Source: a virus
Taxonomy: Duplodnaviria > Heunggongvirae > Uroviricota > Caudoviricetes
IMG/VR virus record: IMGVR_UViG_3300037312_000757
Reading direction: 5' to 3' (one strand)
DNA: 64,000 bases
The translations under genes and the position numbers were made by a program. Positions 1-8,465 of the stretch are shown here, piece by piece; positions within the stretch are counted from its first letter, which is position 1, and each line of letters begins with the position of its first letter. The notes under the pieces are model-generated. The model saw nothing but the letters and a program-made list of their open reading frames with translations, made no database searches and had not been told where the DNA came from.

Positions 1-107
1 AACAGATACCGGCGCATTAATGTAAATGCGGCATCACGTTCAGCAAACCACGAGACAATAGCCTCGTAGTCTGCTTCTGAAATGCCTTCAATGTGAAAGC
101 GTTCCAT
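1..107 (-). CDS. 5' part of a small hypothetical protein running off the window (MERFHIEGISEADYEAIVSWFAERD...), possibly an FKLxW-family member
   Basis: ATG at 107 directly after the dpdA stop; frame open to the window edge. Confidence 0.45.
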   Translation of the reverse strand, partial: MERFHIEGISEADYEAIVSWFAERDAAFTLMRRYL

Positions 108-108
108 G

Positions 109-1701
109 TTATAGGCTGAACAGATCGTTATTTGCGATTGGAGGATTAGCGTGACGCTTCTTCGCTTCCTTCTCTGCCTTCTTTTCTGCCTTAGTCTGCT
201 TGGTTTTTACAACCACTTCTTCACCTTCTACAGGAGCAGCTGGTGTTGCAACCGGGAACAGTGTGCGGTTTTCCAGTGCGCTAACGCCGGGACGCTCACC
301 AGAGATCAGATCTGAGAACTTGTTGCCTTGTTTTGCAATCAGTTCGAATGGCTTTTCAGTCACGAACAGTTCTTGCACAAACTCATCGAATTCAATGAAG
401 ATGTTTGGCAAGTGCTTGTCAGCGTCAGCACTCAACATCTTGTCTGACACGTCTTCAACCGCCTTTGCTTGCATTTGAACGTTGTGTGCCATGATGTAGA
501 AATAGCTTGCGGTATCCATGCAATAACCCTTCTCCGAAGACGGATCGGCCTGCAGAATAAAGTCACCCATCTTCAAGCGACTGCTGACTGGACTCTTGTA
601 GTGATCTGGCGACGCCAGCCGTTCTGGAGACACACCGTTGTAAATGAACCCCTCATTGCTACCAACATATTTCTTGTGCATTGGGAATTCATTGCTGATC
701 AGGTTCAAGTTCTTCTTGTTCACTGCCCAATCAACCACATAGTTACCGTTCACCGCGTACAAGAATGCCGATGCCGCGTCGTAACTGATCTGGCAGTTTG
801 GATTCACGTGTTCTGTCAACGCACGATTAACTGATGTCAAATATGCGGCTGTTGTCAAGCGGGAACGGCCAAGGACGTGAATCCAGCGATCATCACCATC
901 AAGCAAACCATCGTCACGTAGACGCACAAGCAGACGCATGGTGACTGCAGGATCACCGCCCGTTGAGCCCCCAAGTGCCCAACCTTCGAATGCACGATCG
1001 CCCCACTTCTTGGTATCGCTGAATGGTGTAACTGCATCATACCATTCATATGCTTCGTCGATACTTCGACCTTGCAACACATTCAAGAACTTTGTCTTAC
1101 CTGGTGTACGGTGCTTCATGAAGAAGTTGTTGTTCCAAACCGTACCATTCAAGCAGTTGTGGAATGGATCGTTTGTTGGCAAGCAACGTGGATTCTTTTC
1201 AGGATGGACTGGCAGATTTGGGTTGAAGTTTGGATTGACTTGTGTTGGGTCATTCATCATCAACTGTGTTGGCAAACGACCAGTGTTAATCGCCCATGCT
1301 GGCCAGTCAAGAACCATGCTGTAGTCAGCAGTGTGTTCCAACCACTTCATCAATTCGATACGTTGATCAATCGCCTTCGAACCCAGGGTGTCATCCCAGT
1401 CAAATTGCAGAACGCCAGTTGCAGCCTGGAATCCACCAGAGTCACCAATCATAACCGTCTTTGTACGGTCACGACCTTGAATCATTGGTTCACGTTCGTC
1501 ACTTGTAGCTGGATCCAAGTAAGCGTGACCGGCTGAATACAGTGCGAACTGGTAATAGAACTCATCCTTGTTCTTCTCGTCAAGGAAGTTTAATGGTGCA
1601 AATGGAATTGGTTGGCGGGCCCAATTCTTGGCATGCGCCAACACGTACATCTGACTAATAGATGGCGTGAAAATCGCATGTCCTTTTGGATGTTTAATCA
1701 T
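109..1701 (-). CDS. dpdA: TGT-family (DpdA-like) 7-deazaguanine transglycosylase
   Basis: GDSGGFQ motif, MVLDWP, NVLQG, GWALGG, WIHVLG, ISYDAAS match the TGT TIM-barrel motifs; queD in the same window; start placed at MIKHPK behind a TTGCGT..TATAAT promoter. Confidence 0.75.
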   Translation of the reverse strand: MIKHPKGHAIFTPSISQMYVLAHAKNWARQPIPFAPLNFLDEKNKDEFYYQFALYSAGHAYLDPATSDEREPMIQGRDRTKTVMIGDSGGFQAATGVLQFDWDDTLGSKAIDQRIELMKWLEHTADYSMVLDWPAWAINTGRLPTQLMMNDPTQVNPNFNPNLPVHPEKNPRCLPTNDPFHNCLNGTVWNNNFFMKHRTPGKTKFLNVLQGRSIDEAYEWYDAVTPFSDTKKWGDRAFEGWALGGSTGGDPAVTMRLLVRLRDDGLLDGDDRWIHVLGRSRLTTAAYLTSVNRALTEHVNPNCQISYDAASAFLYAVNGNYVVDWAVNKKNLNLISNEFPMHKKYVGSNEGFIYNGVSPERLASPDHYKSPVSSRLKMGDFILQADPSSEKGYCMDTASYFYIMAHNVQMQAKAVEDVSDKMLSADADKHLPNIFIEFDEFVQELFVTEKPFELIAKQGNKFSDLISGERPGVSALENRTLFPVATPAAPVEGEEVVVKTKQTKAEKKAEKEAKKRHANPPIANNDLFSL

Positions 1702-1767
1702 TGTTATTATGTTCCAAGTGGAATTTTTCATTATTATAGCCACATTCCACTCTGAAACGCAAAATAA

Positions 1768-1796
1768 AAGAGCGGAATAGTTAATATTCCGCTCTA
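1768..1796 (-). terminator. Intrinsic terminator after clpS
   Basis: AGAGCGGAATA-loop-TATTCCGCTCT followed by a T run on the minus strand. Confidence 0.55.
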
Positions 1797-1892
1797 TTTA
1801 GGCTCACTGTTTTACCAATCAGTCATATTTTGCATCAGGCGCCGATGGCTTTTTACGCGGCTTCTGGCACGCATCACCAAATGGTATATTCA

Positions 1893-2186
1893 TTATGCTT
1901 CTTGCGAAATCGCCACCAGCGGGTGACCGTGCGATTGAGCAGCACGCAGAGTTTCCGTGACCTTAGTCTCTGCTATCTCCTTCGTGTAAACGCCGGCTAC
2001 CCCCTTGCCATTGTTATGCACGTTCATGCAGATGGTATATGCTTCTTCTTCAGTCTTGTTGAAGAGCTGAACAAGAACAGCGATCACAAAATCCATGGGA
2101 GTGTAATCGTCGTTGAGCAGCAACACTTGATACATCTTCGCGAAGCGTGTGGTCGTTTTCGTTTGCGTCTGTGTGGTAGTCGACAT
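1893..2186 (-). CDS. clpS: Clp protease adaptor ClpS
   Basis: YQVLLLNDDYTPMDFV, VH..GKGVAGVY..EIAETKV, GHPL. Confidence 0.95.
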   Translation of the reverse strand: MSTTTQTQTKTTTRFAKMYQVLLLNDDYTPMDFVIAVLVQLFNKTEEEAYTICMNVHNNGKGVAGVYTKEIAETKVTETLRAAQSHGHPLVAISQEA

Positions 2187-2241
2187 TATCGGTACTCAGT
2201 GAAACCTTAAAATGCCAGTCTACAACAGACTGGCAACTGCA

Positions 2242-2568
2242 TCAAGCAGATTTGGCTTTGTACTTGAACTTCAGATAATTGTTAAGAATCATCTTCATGT
2301 TCGTTGCATCAACAACACTGCCACCGTGGATGAAGTATTCCAGATCTTGGGAGAGGATGTTGTGATTCAAGTCCAGTTGCACAAGCCAGCGTGCGATTTC
2401 TGCTCCGTATGGCTCGTTCTTGCCGAGATCATAGTTGATGCTGATTGCCTTTGGGGCGCCGAGCTGCTTCATGATTGCGGCAGCGGCGGTTGTTGAACGG
2501 GCAGTTTGCCATTTCTTGCCGTCGCGTTGCGGTTCTTTTACTGGATCGATAAAAAGGTTATATGACAT
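2242..2568 (-). CDS. Cyclic-phosphate-processing receiver-like protein (degenerate)
   Basis: LFIDP..P...W..ARS...A, ISINYDLG, G.EIARWL pattern of the phage stand-alone receiver family. Confidence 0.55.
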   Translation of the reverse strand: MSYNLFIDPVKEPQRDGKKWQTARSTTAAAAIMKQLGAPKAISINYDLGKNEPYGAEIARWLVQLDLNHNILSQDLEYFIHGGSVVDATNMKMILNNYLKFKYKAKSA

Positions 2569-2572
2569 GGTA

Positions 2573-3148
2573 TTACTTTATAATTTCGAGTACGGAGTTC
2601 AAACGATCATCTAGGGGACAATCGAGCGTGTGGATGTTGTCGAGCTTGTGATGCTTGGTGAATACCAGATCGAAGTGCGCTTCCAGTGCTAGGATTTCTT
2701 CTTCTGTTTGGTAGCGGGTGCCGTCTTTGAGAATCTGCGGGTTCTTGGCGTATGTTTCAGCCATCGGCAGATAGAAGACATGAGTGTATCGACGGTTGTA
2801 GATGTCTTCAAGCAGATACTCATGCATGTCATTCAGAACGAGACGTGAACGTGCGTCAGTCTTGTCAGCATACAAACATGCGTAAAAGTACGGAGTGAGA
2901 ATACCTGAATCAGTCACCAGATAATCGATAGTTGATGGTGCAGCGTCTTCCCATTCCTTCTGCTTGCTGCGGGTGCGATACTGTTCCCAGATACTGCGCA
3001 TTGGACCATTCTTTTGAATATCGAAACGGATCCATTCTGGAATGTGTTCGGCGTTTTTATGTTGTTTTTTCAGGGCAGTGAATACGTCAGCAGCCAACGT
3101 TGTCTTTCCCGACCCTGCATTGCCAATGAAACAAATACGGTTGGTCAT
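2573..3148 (-). CDS. NadR/Ttd14-like P-loop AAA kinase
   Basis: ICFIGNAGSGKTT Walker A, LVTDS, DGTRYQ. Confidence 0.75.
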   Translation of the reverse strand: MTNRICFIGNAGSGKTTLAADVFTALKKQHKNAEHIPEWIRFDIQKNGPMRSIWEQYRTRSKQKEWEDAAPSTIDYLVTDSGILTPYFYACLYADKTDARSRLVLNDMHEYLLEDIYNRRYTHVFYLPMAETYAKNPQILKDGTRYQTEEEILALEAHFDLVFTKHHKLDNIHTLDCPLDDRLNSVLEIIK

Positions 3149-3202
3149 AAGGTAAATCTCCTAATGCCAATTGTATAAGGCAACTTGCCATTTAGCAATA
3201 GA

Positions 3203-3228
3203 AAAAGGCCACATTTGTGGCCTTTTTC
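3203..3228. terminator. Intrinsic terminator after hsp20
   Basis: AAAAAGGCCAC-ATTT-GTGGCCTTTTT. Confidence 0.7.
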
Positions 3229-3246
3229 ATTTAAGCTACCGTGGGA

Positions 3247-3648
3247 TTACTTGATGTCAAACTTCTTGCGAGCTGACTCAGGAACGTTCTCTTGCAGCAC
3301 GACAACCAGCAGACCATCGTTCAGCGAAACGCTCGTAACTTCTACATTGCTGCCAAGCTTGAAGCTTCGCTTGAAGTCACGAAAAGACAGTCCACGGAAC
3401 AGGAACTCTGTGTCAGTGTCTTGTACTTGGCGATTGCCGTTGATGTGCAGATGGTCGTTTTCCACATACACTTCGATCTCATCGCGCTTGAAGCCGGCGA
3501 CAGCCATTGTCAGCGCGTAGATTGGCGCATCAATAGTTTTCTCGATGTTGTATGGAGGATAGTTCGACAGGTCGATGGAATCGACAAACTGACGGAGTGG
3601 TTCGTAACCGATAGTTGAACGGAAGAGTTGATCGAAAAGATCAGGCAT
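3247..3648 (-). CDS. ibpA: Small heat shock protein (IbpA/Hsp20)
   Basis: NYPPYNIEK, MAVAGF, FLFRGLSFRDFKRSF, L.DGLL. Confidence 0.93.
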   Translation of the reverse strand: MPDLFDQLFRSTIGYEPLRQFVDSIDLSNYPPYNIEKTIDAPIYALTMAVAGFKRDEIEVYVENDHLHINGNRQVQDTDTEFLFRGLSFRDFKRSFKLGSNVEVTSVSLNDGLLVVVLQENVPESARKKFDIK

Positions 3649-3733
3649 GATGTCTCCTTGATATAAGCGAGTTATAGTTATGTGGCACCGCTAGGGCTGC
3701 CATGCTGTAGGCCTCACCATGAGCACCTACAGC
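3649..3733 (-). promoter_or_regulatory. ROSE-like RNA thermometer in the hsp20 5'UTR
   Basis: Two upstream hairpins plus CUCGCUU-AUAUC-AAGGAG pairing the U(U/C)GCU motif with the SD. Confidence 0.7.
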
Positions 3734-3735
3734 CA

Positions 3736-3743
3736 TATTTATA
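3736..3743 (-). promoter_or_regulatory. T4-type late promoter TATAAATA
   Basis: Exact TATAAATA just before the hsp20 leader; TAAATA also at 9738, 11212, 12013, 21229(+), 55333, 58975, 62207. Confidence 0.65.
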
Positions 3744-3770
3744 ACATCATACCTGACAGCTAGTCAAGCC

Positions 3771-4487
3771 TTACAGTCGTTGCAGATTACGGTCGTCTGC
3801 AAAACTCAGCCATTTGTCCAGTGCTGCTTGTGCTTCATCGCCTGTGATTCGACCTTCCTTTGCACACAAGTAGTCAAACAATGCTGAGTAATAATTCTCC
3901 CAGCCAATATGTGGGATGCTGCTACCAAATTCATAGCCATCACGGATGAAAGCGGACAGGGAAATCTCACGTTGAACACCATTACGGTCTTCGTTGTGAA
4001 CAATTTCCTTGACCTTCTCACCTGGGAGAATGAAACCAGAAATAAAGCAATTATGTTCCAAACTCATCAACACCAATGCCGTGTCTTTTGAGTGATGATC
4101 AGCATCTGTCCCTTTGTAAACGCGAAACTTGGCGGTAATCGTGCTACCAATACTTGAAGCACTAGGACCACTAACAATTGCACGGCCGGAAGCGCCAATA
4201 CGAAGATCACGAGCTTTAACGAAAGCCAACTTCAATTCGATTGCATTGCCATAGTGATCAATACAGTCATCACCGTGTTCTGCATACAAAGCAACCGAAT
4301 GCGCGTATGATGCAGCCATGATGTCGTTCCATCGACGATTCCAGTCTGCTGGGCAAACCATCTTACCGTACGTTGGATGGTACATCTTCACATAATCGTA
4401 ATTACGTGAGCGTTGCATGTCAGTCATGTACTTCACTTGCAGTGCTTCATGCTCGCCAATCATCTTGAGCTGTTGTGCGTTAGCCAT
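3771..4487 (-). CDS. Hypothetical protein, possible PD-(D/E)xK nuclease
   Basis: 238 aa ORF; DCIDHYGNAIELKL resembles D-x(n)-ExK. Confidence 0.5.
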   Translation of the reverse strand: MANAQQLKMIGEHEALQVKYMTDMQRSRNYDYVKMYHPTYGKMVCPADWNRRWNDIMAASYAHSVALYAEHGDDCIDHYGNAIELKLAFVKARDLRIGASGRAIVSGPSASSIGSTITAKFRVYKGTDADHHSKDTALVLMSLEHNCFISGFILPGEKVKEIVHNEDRNGVQREISLSAFIRDGYEFGSSIPHIGWENYYSALFDYLCAKEGRITGDEAQAALDKWLSFADDRNLQRL

Positions 4488-5101
4488 TACTTAACCACCT
4501 TCTGGCTAATCGTTGCGTAACCAACCCAGACTTGGGCGTACTCACCCTTGTCTTCCACCAGATTCAATTTTGTTGACGCAATAATCTCATCAGCAGGCAT
4601 AGCATACTTTCGCTTCATAGTAGCGATAATCTCGTGCTCGATCTTTTCATCCATCTCCATCTGAAGCTTCATGCCCCATGCTGAATCTGGTGCGAAACCT
4701 GCTGCCACCTTGTCTTCTAGACACTTGATCTTTCGTGTTTCAGCAAGCGTTGCACGTGGTTTGATGAATTCTTCCGTATCGAAGTCGAACTCAAGCATAC
4801 CATCATCATTCAGTTCGGCATCAATTGGGAAAGAGCTAACTGGTTCCGGATGAGTGAGCTTGAACAGTTCTGGAGCAAAGCCAACATACGCATAGCTGTC
4901 CTTAAAGGAGATCTTGCGCGAACGCGCAGTTTGTCGTGCCAGGAATTTAATCCGATACTTGTCTTCGCTGCGTGTTACTTCGACGTGGGGTTTGTCTTTG
5001 AGATTTAACTCTTCGACCAGATTTGGACGAATGTTAATGAAGAAGGTGCGCTTGCCGCTTGAATTGTCGCGAAGGCTCGCGGTGATGATTTTTGTTGTCA
5101 T
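4487..5101 (-). CDS. Hypothetical protein
   Basis: ORF coupled to the downstream gene; start placed at MTTKII. Confidence 0.65.
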   Translation of the reverse strand: MTTKIITASLRDNSSGKRTFFINIRPNLVEELNLKDKPHVEVTRSEDKYRIKFLARQTARSRKISFKDSYAYVGFAPELFKLTHPEPVSSFPIDAELNDDGMLEFDFDTEEFIKPRATLAETRKIKCLEDKVAAGFAPDSAWGMKLQMEMDEKIEHEIIATMKRKYAMPADEIIASTKLNLVEDKGEYAQVWVGYATISQKVVK

Positions 5102-5247
5102 AATTATTGTTCTGGTTAGATCTGTCTTCGGTTTCTGTCTCCTATGATGCTGGTGACGCGCCCTAAGCCTATACTGCCGGCTTACCATATTTGAGCTCCC
5201 TAACGACATGGTGCATAATACTGACACCACGTAAAAGGTACAAAATT

Positions 5248-5616
5248 ATGTCAACAGGAAATATAACAAACTCAACCACTTATACAGGTCAAGTAACCAA
5301 CCTACCGCATCCTCAGGGTTCCGCCGTAGGAGCAACTACTAACCATAACGGCAAGGTCTACGTAAACACCGGATCGAATTGGTATCCAGTCGCGAGTCCA
5401 ACATTTACTGCGTCTGGGTCCGTAATGCTGAACTCCAATGGAAAGAGTGTCTCAGTAGATGAGATCATTGACTTCATGGATGTCATGAAGCGACGGATGT
5501 GCATCCTTCTGCCAGACTTCGAGAAGCATGAACAATATCCTTCACTACGTGAAGCTTACGAGAATTATTTGCTGATTGAGAGACTTTGTACGGGCGACGA
5601 CAAAGACGCCAAATAA
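5248..5616 (+). CDS. Hypothetical protein
   Basis: ORF with AAGG SD; C-terminal PDFEKHEQYPSLREAYENY..IE motif common in phage proteins. Confidence 0.7.
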   Translation: MSTGNITNSTTYTGQVTNLPHPQGSAVGATTNHNGKVYVNTGSNWYPVASPTFTASGSVMLNSNGKSVSVDEIIDFMDVMKRRMCILLPDFEKHEQYPSLREAYENYLLIERLCTGDDKDAK

Positions 5617-5648
5617 GAAAAGAGCGAGGAACGTTCCTCGCTCTTTCT
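5617..5648. terminator. Bidirectional terminator
   Basis: AAGAGCGAGGAAC-GTTCCTCGCTCTT between convergent genes. Confidence 0.7.
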
Positions 5649-5656
5649 GTATCCGG

Positions 5657-6010
5657 TTATTTTGCTACATTCTGGCCCGTTACTGCGGCTATGCCTGCCA
5701 AGCAAATAACGACTGCCAAATCCCCTGCGTAACTTGGGACATATCTGCGCGTATCGTGCTTCACGAAGGCTGCCAGCCAGCCATTTTGCCCCTTTTCCGT
5801 CACGTTCTTGATGCTAAGGTTGAACTGCATTTTGTGCAGTTGCTCAGTAACTCGATAAGCGATTTCAACGTCTGAGCTGTATGCTGGCACGGGTATCTTG
5901 TCGTGCTCCTTACCCATCACGTATTGTTCACCAGTGTGAGTATCGATGACCACTGCATACCCGAATACGGTACGAGCGACCAAACTGTCCAATTGTGGTC
6001 CTGCTTCCAT
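5657..6010 (-). CDS. Phage ABA-sandwich-domain-like protein
   Basis: MEAGPQLDSLVA..VFG, VPAYSSD.E.A..V, AVVICLAGI. Confidence 0.65.
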   Translation of the reverse strand: MEAGPQLDSLVARTVFGYAVVIDTHTGEQYVMGKEHDKIPVPAYSSDVEIAYRVTEQLHKMQFNLSIKNVTEKGQNGWLAAFVKHDTRRYVPSYAGDLAVVICLAGIAAVTGQNVAK

Positions 6011-6124
6011 GACTCTGTCTCCCTCTGGAACTCTCCAGTCCACTATTTACCCGGAGTCATGAGGGACAAATATCAGTAGTTCTCTCTGGGTTCTGTATCG
6101 TCCATAAAGGCGCAGCCATCGATC

Positions 6125-6317
6125 ATAACCTCCATGAATACTCGTTGAAGTATTGGTCCATGAGGGGGAAACCAAGTAGATTGCCATCCTCCATGGAGGA
6201 GTAGAATAGTCTGTTAGAATGGCACCATAGGAAAATGATGACCTCTGCCTGGGTTTGACACAAGTATCTGATAGAGCCAGTGATACTGGCGACATACTTT
6301 GATAACCTCCATGAATA
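6125..6317 (+). repeat. 16-bp direct repeat ATAACCTCCATGAATA (6125-6140, 6302-6317) in a CCATG-rich intergenic stretch
   Basis: Exact repeat read from the sequence. Confidence 0.6.
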
Positions 6318-6706
6318 ATCGTGATGAATTATTGGCAGAGAGGATGAGGGGAGATAGAGGGAACATGGGTAGTTTGATTCATAGGGAGTACATACGGGAT
6401 TCTCATGGGTATCAGATTCGTATATGGGATAGGGCTCTACAATGGTTATCTGATTATTATGGTCATCGCCACTATGAGATATTCAGTGTTGATGATCAGT
6501 ATAAGTTGATGCGTCCGTATGCGGAAGAGGTCAAGTGTGTATTGGGTGTTGATGAATTTGATTTAAATCGATGTTCTATTATTTGGTCGTGTTCTGAGTT
6601 TAGTTTGATAGTTTACTTTCATGGATCGGTGTTCAATATGGACTCGGTTGATGTGTTTTTTGATGTTGACGAGTTGGTGTTGGTGCAGATGATATTGGAG
6701 ATATGA
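6299..6706 (+). CDS. Hypothetical protein, possibly a distant FKLxW-family member
   Basis: ALQWLSD; C-terminal VFFDVDELVLVQMIL; atypical G/T-rich coding strand. Confidence 0.5.
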   Translation: MITSMNNRDELLAERMRGDRGNMGSLIHREYIRDSHGYQIRIWDRALQWLSDYYGHRHYEIFSVDDQYKLMRPYAEEVKCVLGVDEFDLNRCSIIWSCSEFSLIVYFHGSVFNMDSVDVFFDVDELVLVQMILEI

Positions 6707-6786
6707 AAAAGAACCCACCAAGCTCTGATGAGGGAAACTTGATGGGTTAAACCAACCACAAGGAGAAAAGCAAACAGCAGAAACTT

Positions 6787-7182
6787 TTATTGCTGGCCCT
6801 TGCTCAGACGTTTTGCAACAAGACGATCGAATTCATCGATAACTTCATTCATTTCAGCCTGATGTTCGGGCGTTCTCATGAACGCAGTGCGACGCATGTA
6901 AGCTGCGTGAGCAGCAGCGCGTCTTTGCTGCGCGACCACTTGATTTTCCGGATGGTACGGGTGATTCGGATCATCCATCGGGTGATCATAAACTGGCGTC
7001 ATCACCACATCGATAGTGCGACGTTCTTGTGTGATCTTGTGCGGAGTGTACGGCACGGGTTCCGGCTTCTTGTGTTTCGACGAGAACAGCGAACTGACTC
7101 CACGACAAACACCATACAGCGCCAGGCCAGCGAGACCACCGATGGTTGCGCCAGCGACCGGGAAACTGTGATGTCTGCTCAT
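6787..7182 (-). CDS. Hypothetical membrane-anchored protein
   Basis: AGGAG SD; N-terminal glycine-rich hydrophobic helix. Confidence 0.7.
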   Translation of the reverse strand: MSRHHSFPVAGATIGGLAGLALYGVCRGVSSLFSSKHKKPEPVPYTPHKITQERRTIDVVMTPVYDHPMDDPNHPYHPENQVVAQQRRAAAHAAYMRRTAFMRTPEHQAEMNEVIDEFDRLVAKRLSKGQQ

Positions 7183-7192
7183 GTTATCTCCT

Positions 7193-7360
7193 TTACAGGT
7201 TGTCGAACGGGTTCTGCTTGTTCATCATATTCAATGCTGGTACATCCTGGTAGGTACCAAACATCATTGCGTTCAGATCAGCGCGGTCCAACGTTGCTGC
7301 ATCGCCGATGATTTCTTCTACATCATATTGCCCTTCAAACTCCATCTCTTGCTCATTCAT
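7193..7360 (-). CDS. Small acidic hypothetical protein (55 aa, MNEQEMEFEGQYDVEE...)
   Basis: Below the ORF-track cutoff; GAGG SD; fills the gap between genes. Confidence 0.5.
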   Translation of the reverse strand: MNEQEMEFEGQYDVEEIIGDAATLDRADLNAMMFGTYQDVPALNMMNKQNPFDNL

Positions 7361-7382
7361 GATTTCCTCTGCGTGTCACAAT

Positions 7383-7769
7383 TTATAATGGCAAGCTCAG
7401 TTGGGCTTGCCCAGCTTTCCGCCGCTCCTCACGTTTGGCTTGCTTTTGCCTAGCGACTTCAAGGAGTTGCTCGCTGTATTTACAAATTCTTACATTTCCG
7501 TGCTTGTCTGGAGCACGCCAGAATGCAAGATGACCCGCGGTAAGAAAACCCCTTTGCAGGAAGAACTCTGCGTTGCCAACTCCCGCACGTGCGTCAGCAG
7601 AGGAAAAACCGACCTTGTTGGCATACTTCGTTGTAAGCATCGTCACTTCATCGAGTGTTTGCCGGCCACGCAGAGCGACAAGTGCTCGACCTACCGCCTT
7701 CATGCCACGCGTAGATTCTTCGAGCAGCAATGCTTCGAAAGCTTCGCGGGTGAGGGGTACGTTGCTCAT
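7383..7769 (-). CDS. Hypothetical protein
   Basis: GGAG SD; QT.DE....T...N.VGFS.AD motif; sigma70 promoter upstream. Confidence 0.7.
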   Translation of the reverse strand: MSNVPLTREAFEALLLEESTRGMKAVGRALVALRGRQTLDEVTMLTTKYANKVGFSSADARAGVGNAEFFLQRGFLTAGHLAFWRAPDKHGNVRICKYSEQLLEVARQKQAKREERRKAGQAQLSLPL

Positions 7770-7922
7770 TTGTTACTCCGTTTTTGTTACCGTATTCATA
7801 TGGTATCTTCATATGAACACGGAGTCAAGCAGTAAATGAACAACGATGAAAAAACGCCTAGAGACACCTTACCAGTACGATAAGTTGCATCTAGGCGCTT
7901 TGTAAAGCGGGATTACAGCAGA

Positions 7923-8450
7923 TTACGCTGTCTTTCCGTCCTTCTTGACAGCTACAATCAATGCTGTTATCTGGTTGCCCTGCTCTGTGACAGGTTGTTC
8001 CATTCGAACTTCACCAAGTTCCTTGATGAATGTATCGATCACAGCATGTCCAACTTGCTTGTGAGTGATTTCACGACCACGGAAACGCATGACAACTTTC
8101 ACCTTATCCCCGTCATCAAGGAATTCACGTGCCTTGCGGGCCTTGATCTTGATGTCGTTGGTATCGGTTGCAGGTCGCAACTGTACTTCCTTGAGTTCTG
8201 AAGCACTTGCTCGTTGCTTCTTGGCCAATTCCTTCTTGGCCTTGTTCTGCTCATAAACGTACTTGCCAGCATCGACAATCTTGCAAACTGGTGGATTTGC
8301 TTCCGCAATCTTTACCAGATCCAAGTTTGCTTGACGCGCCTGCCAGAGGGCGTCACGTGTACTGACAACACCCTTCTGCACGCCATTGGCGTCAATCAGA
8401 CGAACGCGGGGACTAGTAATGCGTTCGTTGATCTCAATCTTAGATGTCAC
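7923..8450 (-). CDS. infC: Translation initiation factor IF-3
   Basis: INERI, VRLID, LDLV, PPVCKI.D.GKY.YE, GDKVKV.MRFRGRE; GTG start after GGAG. Confidence 0.95.
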   Translation of the reverse strand: MTSKIEINERITSPRVRLIDANGVQKGVVSTRDALWQARQANLDLVKIAEANPPVCKIVDAGKYVYEQNKAKKELAKKQRASASELKEVQLRPATDTNDIKIKARKAREFLDDGDKVKVVMRFRGREITHKQVGHAVIDTFIKELGEVRMEQPVTEQGNQITALIVAVKKDGKTA

Positions 8451-8465
8451 AAATTCTCCGTGTGA

